From: Octopus sinensis
Taxonomy: Eukaryota
Length of the DNA: 64,000 nucleotides
Assembly (NCBI RefSeq): GCF_006345805.1
Contig: NC_043001.1
Location: 73,222,001 to 73,286,000, forward strand
Reading direction: 5' to 3'
Part shown: positions 52,815 through 64,000 of the stretch, in pieces
Layout: every line of letters begins with the position of its first letter
Position numbering within the stretch: the stretch's first letter is position 1
Made by a program: the position numbers and the translations under genes
Notes under the pieces: generated by a model
Database searches by the model: none
What the model was told of the DNA's origin: nothing
Seen by the model: only the letters and a program-made list of their open reading frames with translations

Positions 52815-55670
52815 AATATATACACACACATACATTTATTACATTAACGACTCTTACAGGACTACTTCTGATTCCTTGTACATGTATATTATCAACAGCA
52901 GCAACAATTAGATACCCATGTTCCATGCTGGTATGGATTGGACCAGTGGCCAGTTATAATGTCAACAAGGAATGTAAACAACATACCACTATTTTGTTCA
53001 GATGGTGACAAGTGGACCTGCAAAATGTCATCATTTAAATATACACACAGACATCCACAAACACACCCACACACACAACCACCTACACATATACACCCCC
53101 ACACACCTCCACATACATGCATATATAAACTCCGAACACATGCATACAGTCCCCACACATATACAGCCTGTACACATGACAAGCTTCTCTCAGTTTCCAT
53201 TGACCAAATCCACTCACAAAGCAAAGCACTGGCCAGCTTCTTGTTCAAGATGCCCCACAGAAGGACTGAATCTGAATACCCACACACAGTGTCATGCCTA
53301 CCCCTATGAAACTTATTGCAATAATTACGATCTAAATACATAAAAATGCCATGTAGATCATTGGATTTATGTGACAAATACTGGAAATCAAACTGAGAGA
53401 GAATTTTTGTCTTTTCAGTTCTTCAAAGCAATTTTTTTAATGATCTTTAACCCACCCCTCATACCCCACATTTTATTCAAATCAACATTCTGTTCCTCTC
53501 CCTTTACCTCAAACCCTTTTATTTCACAAACTGCTATTTTTTATGGAGCTCTCTTTCTTCTCTTTCCCAACTCACTTCAAAGATTTTTATGCTGCATAGC
53601 AACAAAACTAGCCACAACCACCCTCTTATTTTTTGATAGTGGAGGCAGAGAGGAGGGTGCTTTGGTTCAAGAAAATAACTAAATTAGGCCAGGACAGAAC
53701 ACAGCAGAATTGTTACATAAAAGGAATAGCAGTAGGAAGAGTGGGAAATAGAATTCATAATTATCTCATAAGAATAAAATAGGCAGACATGTAAAAATTT
53801 GTAGCTATATAAAGATTAACAGACATATAATGATTAACAGGCCTATAATAATTAATAACTTAGTAGCTATATAATAATTAACAAAATTATTACTAATATC
53901 ATTTACATCACCATTGTTTTAATGTCCACTTTCCATATTTGCATGGATCAGATGGAATTTGTCGAAGCAGACTTTCTAGAGTCAGATGCCCTTCCTGTCA
54001 CCAACCTTCACCTATTTCTGCATATGGTGCTATTTCCCCATAATTGAATATGTTTTTATCAAAGATTGGAAATGAATTTCACCACCTGTATGACAGTGAC
54101 ACTCATTTACATCTATCACATAATGTCAAGACAAGGAGGCACAAAAACATACACATATACATGTATGGTGGCTTCTTTCAATTTCCTTCATTCAAATCAC
54201 TCACTTTGGTCTGCCCAGGGCTATAATAGAAGACACTTGCCATGGGTGTTGAAACTACATGGTTGGAAAGTAAACTGTTTAACCACATGACCATGACTGA
54301 GCCTTATTATAATTAACAAATGTAAAAAATTAACAGATGTATAAAAAATTTAACATGTGTGGTAAATATTAATTGACATCTTTAATTAACTACTGAAATA
54401 CTGGTTTCAAATTTTAGCACAATGCCATCAATTTCATGGGAGGGTAAGTCGATTACATGAGCCCCAGTACTCAACTAATACTTATTTTATCGACCCTGAA
54501 AGGATGAAAGACAAAGTCAACCTCAGTAGATTTTGAACTCAGAATATGCAAACAGACGAAATACCGCTTAGCATTTCACCTGGCATACTAATGATTCTGC
54601 CAGCTCACCACCTTATCAACTTCTGAAATATAAAAGCACCTGAACAGTGAAGAAACTTCAAAACTGGAGAATTTAATTTGGGAGGAATTCAAATATTAAT
54701 GAAATGAAAACTGAAGCACAATTCCCTTTGGTGGCAGGAGTTCCAGTGTTATTTCCCAAATGTATTTTTAGACAAATTGTTTAAATATTTTCATTGTAAT
54801 GTCAAGAGATTTGGAGTTTAGTTACCACAAAACAATTACTCAGAATTCAAACTGGTTGTTTATAAAATGAAATGGAAAGAGAACCAAAGACTTAATAAAA
54901 TATACAGATCCAAATATCTAATGTCTTTAATGTGGTTTGCTGTTCCTCTATAATTATAAAGCTGGAAGGGAACACAGCAGTATCTACTGCCTAAGTATTC
55001 TATGGTATGCAAAACAAGTTTTATTTTTTTACATGTTCTATTTTTAATTCCTGCCTTTCAAAATATTTCTTGAAATACCAGCACTAGACTGCACATTGAT
55101 AGAATCATCAGCACGTTGGATAGGCACATGCATGGCTTGGGGTCAAGAAGTTTACTTCCCATCCACATAGTTCCAGGTTCAGTCCCACAATGCAGAATTT
55201 TGGGCTATGACCCTTTCTATAACTTTCATCACCTGATCCAACAATTTGATATCGCTATAGTTATTTCAGTCTAAGATGTCACCTTTGCTTTTGTAACAGT
55301 TGACTATGGTGCTGCAACACCAGTCATTGGGTATGACTCCCTTGTGTACAGCCTGATTGATTATACAAGTAATGAGACCATAACCCACACCACCAGACGG
55401 GTTTCCACACAGTTTCCATCTACTATATTTACTTCTGTAGCCTGAAACTGACCAAAGCCCTGAGTGGATTTGGTAGATAGAAACTGAAAGAACCCTGTCC
55501 AAAATAGGGGTAGCTTGTCCTGTTTAGGCTATATTATTAGCATTATCCTGCATTTGAGAATTTTAAATCACTTCTTTAACTTTCTAAGACATCTCAACAC
55601 TTCTAAAGCAAACTTTGTTTATTTATGTTCATCATAATTTGAATTTAACATATATTATACATATTATATA

Positions 55671-57400
55671 CTAGCAGAGACACCCAGCGTTGCTTGGAAT
55701 TAAAATGGCATAGTTTGTATATATACACATATTACAGTTATGTTGAAACAGGCGATACGGGAAAGTGCAGCATTGACATCAAGACATTTGTGGAGTAAAT
55801 TTTAAAGCTAGCACTACAATTTGGACAGAATTATAATTTTTATAAGAATAGGATGGATCATATCTGAAAGCAGCTCCAGAAGTTGTGAAGAATGAATTTG
55901 TACATAATCTGTTTCTGAGAGCTATTCTAAAGGACGTGTGGCATGTTAAATGTTGTTTTAATGATTCAGCATTAAGTGCTGCAGCATGCCTTTGCTGATG
56001 TTGGGAAACTCTCATCTCCCTTCTATCTTGAGACTATCTGACATTCTGCAGTTTGCCTTTGCTGATCATGAAACTCTCGCCTTTGGTTTTCTGCAATCCT
56101 CCTTACTTAATAGGTGTTTCTGGAGAAATTACGTCTTTTTCTTTGGTGGCATATTTTTTTTTAATATTGTAAACAAAAAATTATGAACATATAAAAAAAT
56201 ATACATTAATTTCTATTTTTGTAAGTAGTTGTATGTATGTAGTATGTCTGTATTTTTGCATGCCATGTAAATTAACCAAATATAAGTAAACTGTTTATAC
56301 TTTGCAACCTTGCAACTGCTGCGATAATTATGAACTGGTAATTGAATGGTAAATGTGTATTTTTATATACCTTGGACCTGCCACATAATTGTCTTTTGTC
56401 AAGGGTTTCAACTGCAGCCGTTCTCGTCACATATGTATATGTATGTGTAGATGTGTGTGTGTGTGTTTAATAACATATATAACGAATGCTCAAACACCCA
56501 CACACTCACAGTCACATACACATTCATATACAAAATGTGATGATACACACACATACACTCTCACATACCCACATACATATAGTAAGAGAGACACATACAG
56601 ACATACATTCACACATGTCAGTCATCACATATGGATATGTAATATGTGTGTGTGTGTTAAATAATGTACTTAATATGGAAACGCATACACAGTCAGAGAC
56701 ATACACACTTATATACAAAATGTGACATCGTCATCGTTGTGATATAATATGTCTTTTACTATATCATACATATTGAATGCACAAATACACACACACAGAC
56801 AGATACACACTCATATAAAATGTCCTGTACTATAGAAAGATTATGTCTATGAAATGTTATATTGTTTTAATGGAAATGAAAAAGAAGTTACATATTGACA
56901 GTCGTGGAGTGTAATACTATATATTAAGAGAGACACACACACACACATACATTCACACATGTCAGATGTGACATATATATGCATGTGTAGATGTGTGTGT
57001 GCATGTGTTGAATAACGTCCCTAATATGGAAACACACGCTCAGATACATACACAGTCATACACACACACACATACACTCACAGACACATAGACACTCAAA
57101 AACAAAATGTGATGTTGTCATCGAATGTGGAAACACATACACATTCATACACTCACACACATACACACTTATATGCAAAATGTGACGTTGCTGTCATCGT
57201 ATAAAATGTCCTGTAGTATATTTGACTTTAGAAAGATTATCTCTATAAAATGTTATAATGTTTTAATCGAAATGAAAAAAAATTACATGTTGGTATTTGT
57301 GGGGTGTGATGCTATTACCTTGTAAAATTTGATTTGATTTGGTGGAGCTGTTTGAGAATGCACTGGGAACAGACACACGAAGAATTTTATATGATTAACC
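55671..57400 (-). mobile_element. Internally deleted Helitron with RepHel N-terminal remnant
   Basis: Same CTAG/hairpin end as the 10978 copy (ctagcagagacacccagcgttgcttgg). The 55779-56015 peptide ...AAFRYDPSYSY...ALKF followed by CQCC resembles the RepHel N-terminus. Right boundary approximate. Confidence 0.6.
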
Positions 57401-57928
57401 AAATAGAAGCACATGTACGAACTACTAATTTAACGGTGAATGTCACAATAATTATTATAGATAAATTTCTTAATATATATATATATATATATATAGATAT
57501 ATATATTAAGCACATGTATTAAATGTTAATTTAAGGGTTAATATGTAACTGTAAATACCTTGCAAACTTGCAACTTCTGTGATAATTATTCACTGATAAT
57601 TGAACAGTAAATGTATATTTTTATATATCTTGAACTTAGTGTTATCACATTAGAATTAAAAGTGAAAGAATAAACATGAAACAGTATTGACTTTTGACAC
57701 ATAATACCAAATCTGTCTAAAAGATTGCTCCAGGCCCGCATCAGGCAAGAAGTTGAAAATTGTTTTGGTCCATGACACTCCATAGACCCTAAGTAATGCA
57801 TGTGTAAAAGTTGAATGAAATCAGTTGGGTAGTTCTTGAGGTTTAGGGATTCACACATACAGGCAGACACACACACATTCTTGGTTTTATATATATAAAT
57901 TTTTATTTTATATATATATATTAATGTT

Positions 57929-57977
<49 letters not shown>

Positions 57978-58825
57978 TGTGTGTGTGTGTGTGTGTGCAT
58001 ATGTGAAAGTTTTTGTTTCCTTGTTTTGACATCACATGATAATTACAAATGTATATCACTGTCATACAAGCAATGTCCTACATTTCCAGTCTTCTGTGAA
58101 AATATGTTTGGTCATGGGGGAAGTATTATCTCGCTTGGAAATAAGTGGGTGTTCACAAGAGGAAAGACATCTGACAAGAAAATCTGCCTCAACCAATTAC
58201 ATCTAACTGATGCATGCATGGAAAATGGACATTAAAACAATGATGATGATTGAATGCCTTTTGATGTTTGTTCTGACTCTCTGTGCTATGAGTTGAAATC
58301 TCACGACAGTCAACTTTATCATTCATCTCTTCAGGGTCAATAAAAATGTACCAATGTGGATTGATACAATCATAAGAATATCAGACTGGATGTCTTGTAT
58401 ATTTATTCCAGTTCTTGGCATTCTGAGTTCATATCCCACCATGGACCTACACAGGTGGTAGGTTGAATCTATCATTCAGTGTAATACTACCACCTGGTCC
58501 TTGAATCCCTTTACAAGAGTCCTCTCTGTTGCCAATATTTGAGTCAGGTTTCCAGGAATAAAAGAATACCTTCTTCCTTCTGTCCCAACTAGTCTTAGAG
58601 ACCTCCGTAAAGGGTCATAAGCACCACCTTCCTTCCTGACTAAAAATTTTATTTTTTAAATAAAACGATCCAATGTGTGGTTAAGAAGTTCATTTTGTAA
58701 CCACATGGTTTGGGATTCAATTCCACTGTAGGTACTTAGGGTAAATGTTTTCTACAATATCACTGGGCTAACCAATGCCTTGTGAGTAATTATAGAAGAT
58801 GGAAACTGTGTGGAAACCCGTCTGG

Positions 58826-59080
58826 AAGTGTGGGTTATGGTCTCATCACTTGTATAATCAATCAGGCTGTACACAAGGGAGTCATACCCAATGACTGGTG
58901 TTGCAGCACCATAGTCAACTGTTACAAAGGCAAAGGTGACATCTTAGACAGAAATAACTACAGAGATATCAAATTGTTGGATCAGGTGATGAAAGTTACA
59001 GAAAGGGTCATAGCCCAACTAATTAGGAAGAGAATTAGGCTAGATGAGATGCAGTTTGGTTTTGTGCCAGAGAGAAGCAC
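58826..59080 (+). mobile_element. RTE-type LINE RT fragment fused to a SINE body
   Basis: IPNDW..STIVNCYKGKGD.LDRNNYR.IKLLDQVMKV.ERVI...DEMQFGFVP. A near-identical inverted copy lies at 55200-55421. Confidence 0.85.
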
Positions 59081-59400
59081 CAATATTTCCCTATGGCCAG
59101 ACATATTTTGTAAGAAAATTGGAAATGAAGGATACTGTTTGTATGACAGTAATACTCCTTTATGACAATCATGTGATGCCAAGACATAGGGGTACAAACA
59201 CATACACACATTATATATATATATATGTGTGTAAACATACACACACACATAAGCTTTCATCAGTTTTTGTTTACCAAATCCCCTTACAAGGCTTTAGTTG
59301 GTGAAGGGCGATAGTGGAAGACAATGCCCAAGGTGCCATGTAGTGGGACTGAACCTGAATCCATGTGGTTGGGAGAAAACTTCTTAACTACACAGCCATG

Positions 59401-59447
<47 letters not shown>

Positions 59448-60627
59448 TATGTACAAGAAGAGACACAGAGGAGAGAGAGAGTGAAAGAGAGTGAAGAAGA
59501 GGGGAGAGAGAAAGAAAGGGGGAAGGGAAGAGAGAGATGTGTTTATGTGGATATCTCTAACTCAATAATCTCCTTTGCTACTACAGCACACCAACTGTAT
59601 GTAGGACCATAGTAATAATAGTAATTAACTATTACATTTACTAATTAGACTGTGTGGAGGAAAGAAGAACTTAGTTTTGTTGTACCATTCTCTCTCTTCT
59701 ACAACAGACCAACTTCACATTATTAGACACTGTTATTCCATCAGAACATGAAGCAAAGCTTAGAGGTACTTGCCAAAGTGGAACCATTTCAAAGATATTT
59801 GGTTGATTATATTTAGTACAGCACTGATGATTTGAAAGTATTTTTGGCAAAGGTGAGGATGGGGTGGGGGAGATGGAAGTGGTGATAAAGCAAATGAGCA
59901 GGTGTACTACTATTTTCAGATGAATCAGATTCCAATTATGAAACTCAAGACAATTCCATATCCTTGTTAAAACAGTACTTTACCTTAAATTATTTTTACT
60001 CCATCTCTAGAATATAGAAGCTTACAAGGTAGGTGTGTATATGTGTCTGTGCATGTATGTATGAGTGTGTTTTTGCCTCCCACATTGCCAGGAAGAACCA
60101 TCACCATAACAGGTTAGATGTCCAGTCAGGCATGCCAAATCATCAATGTCCAAACTGTTGCACCTAGTTGTCTCATTCTTTAGTCTGGATTGGTGCCCCA
60201 AAAGGATGGAAGACAAAGCTGACTTTAGTGTGATTTGAACTCACACTACAGGGCTTGTTTGGGGAGAGGCTATCAAAAAGAAAGTAAAAAACAGGGGAAA
60301 CAAAAAACACCAAAGATAGATTTGGCCTCCAGTGGTCGGCTGCTGCTGGCATTGTTCTCTGATGTTGTTGTTTGAGATTCAGTCACATAAAGAGACACCA
60401 CATTTGGTACACTTTGTACTTTACTATCTTAAAAAGGAGACACTGGATAACATGGTCCTGGGTTTGTGCACTGAAGGAAAAGATGGGATGGTCACAGCTG
60501 GAATGCCTTTGATCATACAACTATTTGACTAAAGGCATTCCAGTTGTGACCAACAGGACTAACTTAGAGTTAAGCAATAACAACAGCAACAATCAGGAAT
60601 AAGGAAAGAAACAAAATCAATATTTAC

Positions 60628-61002
60628 CTGGAATCCAAGGCAACGTCCATAAAAACAATCTTGACTAAGAGAATCAAATTCTTTCAAAAGTCTAAAGGCA
60701 ACAGGGTCTTTGAGGACATCTTTATCAATGAACAAGGAATCTTTTGGACAATAATTCATTAGCTGACATGAGAAGTACAAACAGGCACGGAGCTGTCCAA
60801 GAACAGTAACGTAAGATTCTAGTTCTCTTGTATAATGGACAATACGAAAGAGAACACAGTTTCTGTTTATCATGATATATCGACTCAGCTGCAACAAGTG
60901 GAGACAACATTTCTGTATTATCATGAGTAAACTTCGGTAACCATTTGCAGGAATTTCAGGTGAGATATCATAGCTGGCCAAATGAGGTAGAAGTATACCA
61001 AG
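60628..61002 (-). CDS. LIPE: Hormone-sensitive lipase, first visible coding exon (HSL N-terminal domain); start-codon exon not found in window
   Basis: Acceptor ttttattttacttgcag|CTT, donor CAG|gtaaat; 375 bp, phase 0/0. Encodes LGILLPHLASYDISPEIPANGYRSLL...DCFYGRCLGFQ, matching the HSL motifs PANGYRSL and CFYGRCLGFQ. Confidence 0.95.
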
Positions 61003-61629
61003 CTGCAAGTAAAATAAAATATAAACTGTTTGAATAAAATAACTTAGTAATATATGTTTTAAGAAATGTTTCCCGCATTCAGGGTTTGGCCAGTACCATG
61101 GGAAATAGAGATAAAAGGGATAATTACACTGTGTAACATGATTTTTGTCCTTCGGTAGCGACTGTTATTTCCTATTTGCTTATCCCTAGAATGTATGGAA
61201 AATGGCTAATATTTCCTTCAAACTTTGCTTTTATTACAATATTTATTCAAACTCCAAAGTATCCCTCAACAAATGGCTATGATGCCCCCTCCACCACTAC
61301 TCCTGTTCATGATCAGAGATGCACATACTGTTAGCCACTGAGGGACATGCTCAAGTGGTTAAGGACAAGCAACTGACAAACAAATCTATGGTATTGAGCA
61401 GAATATTTGCTATAACAATATTTCTGCTTCAGCAATACAGTGCTGAATCTGTCTGAAACAGGGGCAGGTTGACAATGTTGGCTTGCTGTGAAGCAAAAAG
61501 AAGGGTATCTGACTGTAGAAAAATCAATCTCAACAAATTTCATCTGACTTATACAAGCATGGAACAGTGAATGTTAAAATGATGATGGCGGTAGTGATGA
61601 TGATGACAATAGTGGTGGTGATGATATGC

Positions 61630-61784
61630 ATCGACCCCAGTACTTATTATTTTAAGCTTGGTACTTATTCTATCGGTCTCCTTTGCTAAACTGCTAAGTT
61701 ACAAGAATGTAAACACACCAGCACAGGTTGTCAAGTAGTGTTGAGTGACAAACACAGACACAAAGACAGACAGACAGACAGACA

Positions 61785-61832
<48 letters not shown>

Positions 61833-62016
61833 TACATACATATATATATATAATGATAGACTTCTTTCACTTTCTGTCTCCCAAATCCACTCACAAGACT
61901 TTGGTCAACCTAAGGCTATAGTAGAAGACAACTGCCCAAGATGCCATACAGTGAGGCTGAACCCTGAACCATGTAGTTGGAAAGCAAGCTTCTTACCACT
62001 CAGTCATGCATGCACC
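61630..62016 (-). mobile_element. SINE family A copy (tail truncated)
   Basis: Same body and head as the other copies. Confidence 0.75.
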
Positions 62017-62778
62017 TATATATTTACAGTAAAAAAAAAATAAATAAACACCAAATGAGAAAAAAATAAAGCTTTCTATAACACAGAATAAATTAATAAA
62101 TTCTGTAAAATAAAAATTTCTAATATAACCCCTAATCTCTGATTTGAGGATCTTGTATTAAATCAATTGACTACTTGTACAGCATTTGCAATCTTTGTTA
62201 AGAAGGATTAAAGTTAACCAGACTCTTATTTCTGTCCTCAGAAACCAGGAAGACTGTAGGAAGTTAGAAAATTATTCAGCTTATTATTATTATTCAGGTT
62301 ATATGCAGGTGATAATAGCAGCGAGATTAGCTTATCTCTTTTGTACAAGCTAATCTTCTTAAAAATGTTAATATAAAGGGACAATATAGATAATATGTAA
62401 CAGTATTTTACAGTGAAATTAAAGTAAAATATTTTAAGCAACAAAAAGTATAATTACAAAAATAAAGTTCACTTGTGAGCTGTGACCTTATAAAGTATTT
62501 ATTTTTCAAAGGAAATACTAGCGAGTCAAATTAAAGGGCTCACTACAGCTCAGACATTTATATATATACACATAAAAGCTTAGCATTATTTGTAATTCTA
62601 AGACTGAAACTAGTAAATGAATTAGAATATAAATGTGTGAGTGTGTGTGTTTATGTATGTATATATACATGAGTGTGTGTACACGTGCATATGTATGTGT
62701 GTGTGAGTGTAGAATGTATATGTAAGAGTGTATGTGTATATATGTGTGTGTATATGTGAATGTGTGTCTATGTATGTA

Positions 62779-62824
<46 letters not shown>

Positions 62825-63386
62825 CATGTGTGTGTGTCTGTATATATATAAATGGGTGTATGTGTCTGTCTGTCTGTATGTATGTATATATATGAATATA
62901 TGTACATGCCGCCATTGCCACCACCACCACCACCTCTTCAATTGTGTATAGCTACTTAAATGTTGGATAAAAATGACAACTTCCTTACCAGAAGTCAACG
63001 AGACAACAGCCATAATGACAAGTACCACTAAGCCAATTATATTTCAAAACCAAAACATTAATAACTATACGTTTCTAGTTCTTCTTGTTGTTGCTGCTGT
63101 AATTGTTGTTATTTTAAAGTAAAAAAATAGCGGAAGTAAATGATAACATTCATTAGGAGCTCAACTGAATTCCGCAACAAAAGCAGATTATTATTTTTAA
63201 TGCGTTTGACTTGAAAGTAATCTACTTAGTGGTGACACCTAACTCACTCTCATCTCACTTATATCAATAAGTGATTTAGTGTTAACATATTCAACATAGG
63301 GAGGAGTGAAAAATGAGATACAGATAAACAAATATGTTGCAAGATAGTTAAACAGACTGTTCTGTTAAAAAAAAAGAAAAAAGAAA

Positions 63387-63790
63387 GGTGCAGGAGTGGC
63401 TGTGTGGTAAGTAGCTTGCTTAACAACCGCATGGTTCAGGGTTCAGTCCCACTGCATGGCACCTTGGGCAAGTGTCTTCTACTATAGTTTCAGGCCGACC
63501 AGAGCCTTATGAGTGGATTTGGTAGACGGAAACTGAAAGAAGCCCGTCATATATATGTATATGTATATATATATGTGTGTGTGTTTTGTTTGTGTGCCTG
63601 TGTTTGTCCCCCACCCCACCCCAACATTGCTTGACAACCGATGCTGGTGTAACTTAGCAATTCGGCAAAAGAGACCGATAGAATAAGTACTAGGCTTACA
63701 AAGAATAAATCCTGGGGTCGATTTCCTTGACTAAAGGCGGTGCTCCAGCATGGCCGCAGTCAAATGACTGAAACAAGTAAAAGAGTAAGA
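63387..63790 (+). mobile_element. tRNA-derived SINE family A, full-length copy
   Basis: A-box-like TGGCTGTGTGG, B-box-like GGTTCAGTCC, central (TA/TG)n, 3' ggcggtgctccagcatggccgcagtcaaatgactgaaac. Many half copies elsewhere in the window. Confidence 0.85.
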
Positions 63791-64000
63791 CAGATAGATA
63801 GTCAAATAGATTAGTTAGCAACAGCTGCATAGTTTTATGTTAGCTTTTTTCCAAGCTGGCATGGGTTAGATGTGACTTTGTAAAGAAGTGTTCTACAGTT
63901 GGATGCTCTTCATGATGTTAGTCTTTACTTGTTCACGTGTAGGGTACAATATTCCTACCAAGCTGCCAGATATAAACAAACATTATTACTGCCTAAATAG

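Noticed and set aside
62989-63030. Possible upstream LIPE exon with CTG|gtaagg donor
   Set aside because: The phase-0 frame needed to join 61002 has a TGA two codons before the final codon, and there is no HSL similarity.
63387-63460. tRNA gene (A/B boxes)
   Set aside because: It is the head of a multi-copy SINE; no complete cloverleaf or terminator was seen.

Overview
AT-rich, microsatellite- and SINE-dense eukaryotic DNA. The repeat families look cephalopod (Octopus-like); this is inferred from recall, not from a search. One protein-coding gene spans nearly the whole window on the minus strand: a hormone-sensitive lipase (LIPE/HSL) orthologue. Nine GT-AG exons (61002 down to the TAA stop at 5353) join in frame to give 683 aa, with the HSL N-terminal domain, the HGGG oxyanion motif, the GDSAG nucleophile, the DPLLDD Asp and the LPHGF His. 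The first coding exon(s) probably lie beyond the right edge. A tenth, frame-preserving 111-bp candidate exon (29440-29550) has no counterpart I recognise in vertebrate HSL and is absent from the ORF track. The introns and 3' flank hold a young CR1/L2-group LINE, decayed mariner, MULE/FLYWCH, Helitron, RTE, R4/Dong and Penelope fragments, several hammerhead-ribozyme-like motifs, piggyBac-type and foldback MITEs, four SINE-like families, two minisatellites, a telomere-like tract inside a duplicated target site, and many inverted repeats that could form dsRNA in the LIPE transcript. Most ORFs in the supplied track are microsatellite or repeat artefacts. I found no CRISPR array or other prokaryote-type system.
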